Of a stretch of 64,000 bases of DNA, positions 56,484 through 64,000 are shown in pieces. The DNA is from an uncultured Planctomycetales bacterium (GTDB taxonomy: Bacteria; Omnitrophota; Gorgyraeia; Zapsychrales; JAHFFX01): assembly GCA_964372915.1 (NCBI GenBank), contig CAYJRN010000001.1, forward strand, positions 36,305 through 100,304. The letters run 5' to 3'. The position numbers and the translations under genes were made by a program. The notes under the pieces are model-generated. The model did no database searches, was not told where the DNA came from, and saw only the letters and a program-made list of their open reading frames with translations. The number at the start of each line of letters is the position of its first letter. Position 1 is the stretch's first letter.

Positions 56484-56991
56484 TGCGTGGGTGTGGGTAG
56501 GATTGTGGATTTTGGGAATCTATGGAACCTTGGCGTGGGTAAGACCTGTCTGTGAATTCCTGAAAGTCCATACACCTTTTAGTGTACTGGTCAATCTTCT
56601 CTTTGCCGCACTTTTTCTTACGTTCCTCTTGCGATACCGAGATATCTTTAAGAATGATCTTGTCTTAACCCTCACGGCCGCGGCCTTAAGCCTTTGTACC
56701 GGAATCCTTCTTTATTTCCTCAAACTTCCGGAAGAACGCATTCATCTTCTGGAGTACGCCATTTTGGCGGCACTACTCTACCGGGCCATCCGTCAGGAAT
56801 ACCCGAAAGGCAGCGCTTATGGTATCGCCTTATTTTTAGGATCCCTGGTCGGCTGGGGAGATGAAATTATCCAAGATATCCTTCCCAACCGTTATTTTCA
56901 GGTTTCCGATATTCTGCTCAATGAGGCTGGCATCGTTTTGGGGTTAGGGTTTGCTTCTATGGTATTGGAGAAACCCATTCGTTCAAATTGA
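56419..56991 (+). CDS. VanZ-like membrane protein
   Basis: 4-TM protein with ..GWGDEIIQDILPNRYFQVSDILLNEAGIVLG.. VanZ signature. The start is uncertain; an internal M near 56452 is possible. Confidence 0.5.
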   Translation: MGILSWKVTVAMSEKSIFHHHDAWVWVGLWILGIYGTLAWVRPVCEFLKVHTPFSVLVNLLFAALFLTFLLRYRDIFKNDLVLTLTAAALSLCTGILLYFLKLPEERIHLLEYAILAALLYRAIRQEYPKGSAYGIALFLGSLVGWGDEIIQDILPNRYFQVSDILLNEAGIVLGLGFASMVLEKPIRSN

Positions 56992-57028
56992 CCTTGACAC
57001 GCGATAAAGTGGTGGTGATAATCAGCCT

Positions 57029-57412
57029 ATGGAAAAACGTATTTTTTACCACGACACGGACGCGGGCGGGATTGTGTACTATGGCAATTACCTCAAATAT
57101 CTGGAAGAGGCCCGTACGGAGTTTTTGGAAAAGAAAGGCTTAAGTGTCGGTTCCTTCCAAAAAAGAGGACTGCTGTACGCCGTCAGAAAATGTACGATCA
57201 CCTACCGCAGCCCGGCCCGCTATGGCGATACGCTTGTCTGCGATGCCAAGCTTAAAGAGGCCAAAGTCGCTCAACTCATCTTTGAACAAACCATCCATGA
57301 CAAAAAGACCGGACGCCTGATCGCTCAAGCGGAGGTCGCCTTGGCCTGCCTGAATGAAAAATTCAAACCCACCCAAATTCCCGAAGATTTAAAAGCGCAA
57401 TTATTAGAATGA
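57029..57412 (+). CDS. acyl-CoA thioesterase, 4HBT/YbgC family
   Basis: ..IFYHDTDAGGIVYYGNYLKYLEEAR.. hot-dog fold motif. Confidence 0.7.
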   Translation: MEKRIFYHDTDAGGIVYYGNYLKYLEEARTEFLEKKGLSVGSFQKRGLLYAVRKCTITYRSPARYGDTLVCDAKLKEAKVAQLIFEQTIHDKKTGRLIAQAEVALACLNEKFKPTQIPEDLKAQLLE

Positions 57413-57415
57413 AAT

Positions 57416-57431
57416 CTTGCCGCGCGGCAAG
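57416..57431 (+). terminator. perfect 16-bp palindrome CTTGCCGCGCGGCAAG after the thioesterase gene
   Basis: Starts 4 nt after the stop codon, so it is read as a terminator hairpin. Confidence 0.45.
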
Positions 57432-57526
57432 AATTCAGGATAGGCCTTGTCACCTCATTTCTTTGATGTTAAAATAAACACCAATAATTTTAATTATAGT
57501 TAATATTATTGTAAATATGAAAGCCG

Positions 57527-57820
57527 TTGTTTCCCATGCTTAACAAAGAAGAAATTTTGCATATCGCCGAGCTTTCCCGTATACATCTTAACAATGAAGA
57601 GCTTGAAATCTTCCAAAAAACGCTCGGGGATATCTTGCACTACATTGAAAAACTCAATGCGCTGGATGTGGTCAACATCAAGCCGACCAGCCACGTCTTA
57701 CCCCTCAAGGATGTTTTCCGCGAAGATCATCTCAAACCATCTTTGCAGCAAGAGGATGTCCTTAAAATCGCCGTGGCCCACGCCCAGGGAGCCTTCAAAG
57801 TCCCACAGGTCATCGAATGA
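57527..57820 (+). CDS. gatC: Asp-tRNA(Asn)/Glu-tRNA(Gln) amidotransferase subunit C
   Basis: ..[25 protein letters not shown].. The start is probably MLNKEE at 57536. Confidence 0.85.
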   Translation: MFPMLNKEEILHIAELSRIHLNNEELEIFQKTLGDILHYIEKLNALDVVNIKPTSHVLPLKDVFREDHLKPSLQQEDVLKIAVAHAQGAFKVPQVIE

Positions 57821-59259
57821 ATTTGAGCACTCTTACTGCCCACGAACTCTTGGACCTGATCAAGTCCAAGAAAACCACTGCGGAAGAAATTTATTCTTCG
57901 GTCTTAAATCGGATTTCCGCCGTTGAGCCGAAAGTGAAGGCCTACGTTCGCTTGCGCGATAAAGAAAAAAATGCCGCGGCGCTCAAAGAAAACTCTTTGA
58001 TGCCGGTCCCCATCGCCATCAAGGATAATATCTGTCTGAGTGGGGAGGAAACCACCTGTGCCTCAAAAATTTTAAAAGGCTTTAAACCACCGTACGATGC
58101 CACCGTCATCGAGAAATTAAAAAAAACGGGAAGTGTTTTTTTAGGACAAGCGAACATGGATGAATTCGCCTTTGGTTCTTCGACGGAGAATTCTTCTCTT
58201 GGCCCATCACGCAATCCCTGGAATCTTGATTGTGTTCCCGGCGGCTCCAGCGGCGGCGGAGCCGCCGCTGTAGCCGCCGGCGAAACCATCTGGGCTTTAG
58301 GCTCCGACACTGGCGGTTCAATCCGTCAGCCGGCGGCATTCTGCGGAATCGTTGGACTCAAACCCACCTATGGACGCGTGTCGCGTTACGGCCTCATAGC
58401 TTTTGCCTCGAGCTTGGATCAGATTGGCCCCTTGACCAAAGATGTGACCGATTCCGCGCTGCTTTTGAACATCATTGCCGGACACGATGAACGCGATTCT
58501 ACTTCCGCCGAAATCCCGGTTCCCGACTACACCAAATCCCTTGTCAACGATGTCAAAGGATTAAAAATCGGCATCCCTAAAGAATATTTCATTGATGGAC
58601 TAAATCCCGAGGTCCGAAAGGCGATGCTCGAGGCCATTGAGGTCTTTAAAAAATGCGGCGCTAGTGTTAAGGAAGTTCCTTTACCGCACACGGAATATGC
58701 CGTGGCCACATATTATATTCTGGCAACCGCGGAGGCGAGCTCGAATTTGGCGCGCTTTGATGGGGTTCAATATGGACTGCGCGCGCAGCCCACCAGCACA
58801 AGAAAGTCTCCGATCGTTGATATGTATGAAGAAACTCGCGGTCAAGGGTTCGGACGCGAAGCCAAGCGCCGTATCATGTTGGGGACCTATGCGCTGTCTT
58901 CCGGCTACTACGACGCGTATTATTTGCGCGGCCAAAAAGTGAGGACACTGATTAAAAATGATTTCGATAAAGTCTTTAGCGAAATGGACGCGATCCTAAC
59001 ACCGACCGCGCCGACGACAGCGTTCAAGATTGGAGAGAAGTCCTCGGATCCTTTGTCGATGTACCTTTCCGATATTTATACAATCTCGGCAAATCTGGCC
59101 GGTATTCCGGCCATCTCGATTCCCTGCGGTTTTTCCAAAAATAAACTGCCTATTGGCCTGCAGATCTTGGCTAAGCCTTTTGCGGAAGAAACGATTTTTA
59201 GAATCGCTTACGCGTATGAACAGCATACGTCTTGGCATCAACAAAGAGCTTCGCTATGA
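57817..59259 (+). CDS. gatA: Glu-tRNA(Gln)/Asp-tRNA(Asn) amidotransferase subunit A
   Basis: Amidase signature (..[26 protein letters not shown]..). Confidence 0.95.
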   Translation: MNLSTLTAHELLDLIKSKKTTAEEIYSSVLNRISAVEPKVKAYVRLRDKEKNAAALKENSLMPVPIAIKDNICLSGEETTCASKILKGFKPPYDATVIEKLKKTGSVFLGQANMDEFAFGSSTENSSLGPSRNPWNLDCVPGGSSGGGAAAVAAGETIWALGSDTGGSIRQPAAFCGIVGLKPTYGRVSRYGLIAFASSLDQIGPLTKDVTDSALLLNIIAGHDERDSTSAEIPVPDYTKSLVNDVKGLKIGIPKEYFIDGLNPEVRKAMLEAIEVFKKCGASVKEVPLPHTEYAVATYYILATAEASSNLARFDGVQYGLRAQPTSTRKSPIVDMYEETRGQGFGREAKRRIMLGTYALSSGYYDAYYLRGQKVRTLIKNDFDKVFSEMDAILTPTAPTTAFKIGEKSSDPLSMYLSDIYTISANLAGIPAISIPCGFSKNKLPIGLQILAKPFAEETIFRIAYAYEQHTSWHQQRASL

Positions 59260-60692
59260 AAGAATTCGAAACCGTCATCGGACTCGAAGTCCATCTTCAA
59301 TTCAACACGGCCACAAAAATCTTTTGCGGTTGCGCCAACCGTTTCGGCGAAAAGCCCAATACCCTGACCTGCCCCGTGTGTTTAGGGCTGCCCGGAACAC
59401 TCCCCGTGCTCAATCGCAAAGCGCTTCAGTCTGCCGTTAAGGTGGCCTTGGCTTTGTCAGCGAAGGTCAACACCACCATCAAATTCGACCGGAAAAATTA
59501 TTATTATCCCGACCTGCCCAAAGGCTATCAGATTTCTCAGTATGATTTGCCAATCGCCAGTAACGGCTCTATAATCATTTCATCCAACGGCAAACAAAAA
59601 ACAATCCAAATTAAAAGGGCGCACTTGGAAGAAGACGCTGGAAAACTCATCCACGATGGGGAGATGAATTGCAGTCTCGTTGATTACAACCGTACCGGAA
59701 CGCCGCTTATGGAAATCGTCAGCGAGCCGGATCTTAGTTCCCCTCAAGAAGCGTATGATTATTTGACCACCTTGAAATTGACGCTCCAGTACCTCGAGGT
59801 CTCGGATTGTGACATGGAAAAAGGGAGTTTGCGCTGCGATGCCAACGTGTCCATCCGCAAGAAAGGCGAGACCCGACTCGGAACGAAAACCGAAATCAAA
59901 AATCTCAATTCTTTTAAAGCCGTCAAAAGCGCCTTGGAGTTTGAAATTGAGCGTCACAAAAATATGATCTCATCAAAAGAGAGAATCATCCAGGAAACAC
60001 GACTGTGGAACGATGAAAAAACGGCCACCTTCCCGATGCGCAACAAGGAAGAAGCTCACGACTATCGTTATTTTCCCGAACCAGACCTTGTCCCGTTCAC
60101 ACTTTCTGAGCAGGACATCGAAGAGGTTCGCCGGGCCTTACCGGAATTGCCGCACCAAAAGCTGGAACGGTTTTTGAAAAATTATGGTCTGGGAGAATAC
60201 GACGCAAAAATATTGGTTCAAGATAGAGCCGTGGCGGTTTTTTTCGAGGGCTGCGCGCCGCTTTGCCCCGAGACAAAAAAAATCTGCAACTGGATCATCG
60301 GTTCGCTTTCACAAGAAATGAACACGCGTAAAGTGAGCTTAAACGAATTGTCCATCAAGCCCGAAGGCCTGGTTGATCTTATCAAAAAGGTTGAGGACGG
60401 GACCGTCAGTAACCTCGTGGCCAAGGAAGTTTTGAAACAAATGCTGGATACCGGCAAAAACGCGGAGGCGATCATTCATGAGAAGGGATTGGCCCAAGTT
60501 TCCAGCACCGTAGAACTGGAAAAAATCGTCGCAGACATCATCAATGAAAACGCAAAAGTCGTCGAACAAATCAAACAAGGAAAAACAAGCGCCATGGGAT
60601 TCCTGGTCGGTCAGGCCATGAAAAAAACTCAAGGCAAAGCAAATCCTAAAATCTTAGGTGACATTATCAAGGGGAGGCTTAAAGATGCGTAA
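59232..60692 (+). CDS. gatB: Asp-tRNA(Asn)/Glu-tRNA(Gln) amidotransferase subunit B
   Basis: ..[16 protein letters not shown].. and a GatB/YqeY C-domain. The start is probably MKEFET at 59256. Confidence 0.95.
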   Translation: MASTKSFAMKEFETVIGLEVHLQFNTATKIFCGCANRFGEKPNTLTCPVCLGLPGTLPVLNRKALQSAVKVALALSAKVNTTIKFDRKNYYYPDLPKGYQISQYDLPIASNGSIIISSNGKQKTIQIKRAHLEEDAGKLIHDGEMNCSLVDYNRTGTPLMEIVSEPDLSSPQEAYDYLTTLKLTLQYLEVSDCDMEKGSLRCDANVSIRKKGETRLGTKTEIKNLNSFKAVKSALEFEIERHKNMISSKERIIQETRLWNDEKTATFPMRNKEEAHDYRYFPEPDLVPFTLSEQDIEEVRRALPELPHQKLERFLKNYGLGEYDAKILVQDRAVAVFFEGCAPLCPETKKICNWIIGSLSQEMNTRKVSLNELSIKPEGLVDLIKKVEDGTVSNLVAKEVLKQMLDTGKNAEAIIHEKGLAQVSSTVELEKIVADIINENAKVVEQIKQGKTSAMGFLVGQAMKKTQGKANPKILGDIIKGRLKDA

Positions 60693-62037
60693 AAAATGGG
60701 TGTGGTTTCTCGCGATCTTGTTGGCCATCGCTTCCATTGCTTCAATGGCTATTTCAGAGGAACAAAAAGAAGCAAAGAAAGAAGAACAGAAAAAAGAAGA
60801 ACCAAAGCTTTCGGCCAAAGATGACTTATATTCTCAAGTAGAACTCTTTAGCTATGCCTTGACCACGATCCAGTCGGAGTACATCGATGAGCAAAAACCC
60901 AAAGATCTCATTTACGGGTCGCTCAAAGGCATGCTGGCCTCGCTGGATCCCCACAGCCAGTTTCTTGATCCCGATGATTACAAGGAACTCAAGACCGAGA
61001 CGCAAGGGAAATTCGGAGGCCTCGGGATCGAAATCTCGATCCGCGATGGGATCCTGACCGTCATCACGCCTTTGGAAGACACGCCAGCCTGGAAGGCGGG
61101 AATCAAGGCCGGGGATCGTATCGTCAAGATTGGAGATGAACTCACCAAAGATCTGAGTTTAAGCGATGCGGTAAAAAAATTGCGCGGAACCCCCGGGACA
61201 TCCGTCAAGGTGACCATCCTGAGGGAAGAAGACTTTAAAATTCACATCTTCACGATTACCAGAGAAATCATTCATGTTCAGGACGTTAAAGACGTGCAAG
61301 TCCTGCAGGATAAAATCGGATACATCCGCCTGGTCGAATTCCGCGAAGACTCTTACGCGGAATTTCATAAGGGGCTGTTGAAACTCAAAGAAGAAGGGGC
61401 TGATAGTCTCATCCTCGACCTGCGTAATAATCCGGGGGGACTTTTGAACGTCGCCATCAAGATCACCGAAGAGTTCACTCCGGCCGGTGAAATCATCGTC
61501 TCCACCAAAGGTCGGCATGAATCCCAGAATACCGTCACCAAATCCAACAATACCAATAAGGATTTTATAGATTTGCCGATCGTGGTGTTGCTCAATGAGG
61601 GAAGCGCCTCGGGCAGTGAAATTTTGGCCGGAGCCCTTAAAGACAATCATCGTGCCATTGTCCTTGGCACGAAATCCTTCGGGAAAGGATCCGTGCAATC
61701 GGTCATCCCTTTACCGGATGGGTCGGGTTTAAGATTAACCACGAGTAAGTATTTTACCCCATCGGGGATCTCTATTCACGGCGTGGGAATCGTTCCGGAT
61801 GTCGAAGTGAAATTCGAAGTCAAGAAATCCGATAAGAAAGAAGAACAGTCGGACAGCGTTGAAGAAGTGTTCGATAAAGTCGAGAAAGAAGAATCTGAAA
61901 ATCCGGCAATGACCGAAGCCGGCAAGAAAGAAGAGGAGGCCAAAAAACGCCTGCTGGGCGACAATCAGGTGCAGGCGGCCTTGAGCGTCATCAAGGGAAT
62001 TCGAACCTACCATCAATTTCATCCGAAAGCCTCTTAA
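60658..62037 (+). CDS. ctpA: carboxy-terminal processing protease (S41 family)
   Basis: Signal peptide, PDZ domain and an S41 catalytic domain (..GSASGSEILAGAL..GKGSVQS..). The start is probably MRKKWV at 60685. Confidence 0.85.
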   Translation: MTLSRGGLKMRKKWVWFLAILLAIASIASMAISEEQKEAKKEEQKKEEPKLSAKDDLYSQVELFSYALTTIQSEYIDEQKPKDLIYGSLKGMLASLDPHSQFLDPDDYKELKTETQGKFGGLGIEISIRDGILTVITPLEDTPAWKAGIKAGDRIVKIGDELTKDLSLSDAVKKLRGTPGTSVKVTILREEDFKIHIFTITREIIHVQDVKDVQVLQDKIGYIRLVEFREDSYAEFHKGLLKLKEEGADSLILDLRNNPGGLLNVAIKITEEFTPAGEIIVSTKGRHESQNTVTKSNNTNKDFIDLPIVVLLNEGSASGSEILAGALKDNHRAIVLGTKSFGKGSVQSVIPLPDGSGLRLTTSKYFTPSGISIHGVGIVPDVEVKFEVKKSDKKEEQSDSVEEVFDKVEKEESENPAMTEAGKKEEEAKKRLLGDNQVQAALSVIKGIRTYHQFHPKAS

Positions 62038-62045
62038 AAACAAAA

Positions 62046-62990
62046 ATGGCAACCCGACGCAAAAAAAGGGATCATCGTAACTGGGTCATCGGTATTTTGG
62101 CCGTCATTGTCGCCCTGCAAGCGTACGCGATTTTTACCGATAAAGGCAGAGGCTGGTTCCAAAGAATCTCCTTTAAGAAAACACAAGAAGTCCAGCCGAC
62201 CATTAAAAAACCGCTGAAGCCAACGCCAGCGGCCCCCGCGGAAAAAAAACAAAAACCGGCAGCTATGATCAAACCCGCCGGAGTAAAACAAGTGCCGGCA
62301 CGAACCCCCGTTCAAGGAGCGGGGGCCAAGATCGCCATCATCATCGATGACTGGGGTTACAACGAAAGCCATTGTCAGTATCTCTCTCAAATCCAAGGGC
62401 CCGTTACGGTATCCATCTTGCCCAATCTCGCTCATTCGGTAGACGTGGCGGAATGCGCCTATCAAAACAAAAAAGAAGTGATGCTGCATTTACCTTTGGA
62501 GCCGCACCATAATTTAGAAAAGTATCCAGAAGGATACATCATCCGTACCTCGATGAGCAGGGCTAAAGTCAGGGAACTCTTGAAACAAGCCCTCAAGGGC
62601 GTTCCGCATGCCGTCGGCATCAACAACCATATGGGTTCGAAAGCAACCGAAGACCGGCGCTTGATGTCCATTATCTTTGAGGAACTCAAAAAGAATAATC
62701 TCTTTTTCGTGGATAGTTTCGTTACCAATGCCTCTGTCTGCGCAAAATTAGCCAAAGAAATGAAGATCCCATTTACCCAACGCGATATTTTTCTCGACAA
62801 TCGCAACGATCGGCCTTCCATCGAAAAACAGTTTGCCCAGCTCGCCCGAGTGGCCCAAGCCCGCGGGTATGCCGTTGGGATCGGTCATGACCGCACCCTC
62901 ACGCTTCAGATTATCAAGGAACAGACTGAAACCTTAAGGCAGGATGGATTTGAAATCGTCACCATTAACCGTCTCATCAATAATCAATGA
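62046..62990 (+). CDS. divergent polysaccharide deacetylase (YibQ-like)
   Basis: N-terminal TM, then ..AIIIDDWGYN..NNHMGS.. divergent PDA motifs. Confidence 0.6.
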   Translation: MATRRKKRDHRNWVIGILAVIVALQAYAIFTDKGRGWFQRISFKKTQEVQPTIKKPLKPTPAAPAEKKQKPAAMIKPAGVKQVPARTPVQGAGAKIAIIIDDWGYNESHCQYLSQIQGPVTVSILPNLAHSVDVAECAYQNKKEVMLHLPLEPHHNLEKYPEGYIIRTSMSRAKVRELLKQALKGVPHAVGINNHMGSKATEDRRLMSIIFEELKKNNLFFVDSFVTNASVCAKLAKEMKIPFTQRDIFLDNRNDRPSIEKQFAQLARVAQARGYAVGIGHDRTLTLQIIKEQTETLRQDGFEIVTINRLINNQ

Positions 62991-63967
62991 ACATCTTAGG
63001 CATAGAAACTTCCTGTGATGAAACCGCTGCCAGTATTGTCAAAGACGGCCGCTGGATTTTGAGTAACATCGTCTCCTCGAGCCTCAAACAACACCAGAAA
63101 TACGGCGGCATTATCCCTGAGATCGCTTCCCGTCGACAATTGGAATACATTAACGGGGTGGTGGAAGAAGCCTTTAAGGAAGCTAACCTGAAACCTTCCG
63201 ATATTGCCGCCGTGGCCGTCACGCAGTCTCCGGGATTGATTGGGTCGCTCTTGGTGGGGATTTCTTTCGCTCGAGCCCTGTCTTGGGCGACCAGCAAGCC
63301 GCTCATTGAAGTTGATCACATCCATGCGCATGTCTATGCCAATTTCCTCAAAGAAGGGAATACTCCTCATCGAGAAATCCCCAAACTTCCCGCGATTGGC
63401 CTCGTTGTTTCCGGCGGGCATTCAAGTCTCTTTCATATCAAAAATTTTGATGATTTCAAACTCTTGGGGCAGACCCGGGACGACGCGGCAGGAGAAGCGT
63501 TCGATAAGGTCGCAAAAATTTTGAATTTGGGTTACCCTGGTGGACCTATCATCGATCGCCTGGCCCGGGAAGGAGAAAACAAAGAAATCCAATTCACCTG
63601 CGCTAATATCCCAAACTCCCACGACTTTAGTTTCAGCGGCATCAAGACGGCCGTCTTGTATTACACCCGTAAGCATCAAAACAACCCGGAATTTTCCGCA
63701 AAGAAAGTGGCCTACTCGTTCCAGCAAAGCGTTACCTCGGCCCTTGTCAACAAAAGCATCGACGCCTGCCGACGAAAGAAAATTAAAACCTTGCTCGTGG
63801 GCGGAGGAGTAGCCGCCAACTCAGGGCTAAGAAAGCAGCTGACCCAGGGCTCTCAAGAAGAAATGATTGAGGTATTTTTTCCTCCTTTGCCTTTATGTCT
63901 TGATAACGCCGCCATGATCGCGGGATTGGCTTATCATTTATACCAAAAGAAAGGAGCCCAAAGGTGA
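62987..63967 (+). CDS. tsaD: tRNA N6-adenosine threonylcarbamoyltransferase
   Basis: MNILGIETSCDETAASIV.. Kae1/TsaD signature and ..GVAANSGLR... Confidence 0.9.
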   Translation: MNILGIETSCDETAASIVKDGRWILSNIVSSSLKQHQKYGGIIPEIASRRQLEYINGVVEEAFKEANLKPSDIAAVAVTQSPGLIGSLLVGISFARALSWATSKPLIEVDHIHAHVYANFLKEGNTPHREIPKLPAIGLVVSGGHSSLFHIKNFDDFKLLGQTRDDAAGEAFDKVAKILNLGYPGGPIIDRLAREGENKEIQFTCANIPNSHDFSFSGIKTAVLYYTRKHQNNPEFSAKKVAYSFQQSVTSALVNKSIDACRRKKIKTLLVGGGVAANSGLRKQLTQGSQEEMIEVFFPPLPLCLDNAAMIAGLAYHLYQKKGAQR

Positions 63968-64000
63968 CCAACGACACATTGACTGTGACGGTCAAAATCG

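Noticed and set aside
427-63995. Minus-strand ORFs from the six-frame track (e.g. 26025-27023, 17041-17763, 41723-42385, 8363-8908, 61159-61698)
   Set aside because: All of them lie entirely within well-supported + strand genes. Their translations are low-complexity or Arg/Ser/Gly-rich, typical of antisense frames of protein-coding DNA, and none has a recognisable product.
1-64000. CRISPR array or cas genes
   Set aside because: No regularly spaced direct repeats with unique spacers were seen. The only repeat clusters are the short ACGT-core arrays, which have no spacers.
63964-64000. Possible GTG start of a further gene (MTNDTLTVTVKI..) overlapping the tsaD stop
   Set aside because: Only about 12 codons lie before the window edge, which is too short to support a call.

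Overview
This 64 kb window looks like one contiguous bacterial chromosomal region, probably from a diderm (Tol/Exb, secretin PilQ, SurA and HtrA are all present). Essentially every credible gene is on the + strand; the minus-strand ORFs in the track lie inside + strand genes and look spurious.

Gene content in order:
- Arginine operon argC(partial)-J-B-D-F-[brnT-brnA toxin/antitoxin]-G-H.
- Lysine/DAP block lysA-dapF-dapA-dapB-dapL-like.
- folK, panC, an aspartate-dehydrogenase-like gene, then a tiny basic internally duplicated protein.
- uvrA.
- A large TPR protein, tolQ/exbB-like, exbD/tolR-like, a TonB/TolA-like stub, a Zn-ribbon membrane protein, a PilX-like protein and an Xis-type HTH.
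- A complete type IV pilus assembly cluster: fused pilM-pilN, pilO, pilP, secretin pilQ, ATPase pilB with an MshEN-type N-terminus, pilC, four tandem major-pilin-like genes and two minor pilins.
- An unusual tRNA locus: one complete Ala-like tRNA nested between the two halves of a second, interrupted tRNA.
- rsmE, a GT39/TPR membrane glycosyltransferase, recA-htrA-recX-alaS.
- hisD-B-H-A-F-I, an isolated trpE, rpsP, yajC, a secDF fusion.
- An N- and C-truncated mfd, a surA-like gene, pdxA, rsmA, an MBL hydrolase, a VanZ-like gene, a thioesterase.
- gatCAB, ctpA, a YibQ-like deacetylase and tsaD.

The items most worth a second look are the split/nested tRNA locus; a 26-28 bp GC-rich palindrome present both in the recX-alaS spacer and in-frame inside dapF; two intergenic clusters of ACGT-core hexamer repeats; the tandem near-identical pilin cassettes, the second starting on TTG; the MshEN (c-di-GMP type) PilB; the PilM-PilN fusion; a minimal Mfd; and an 83-aa lysine-rich tandem-repeat protein.

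All calls rest on reading the supplied translations and the DNA by eye. No database search was run.
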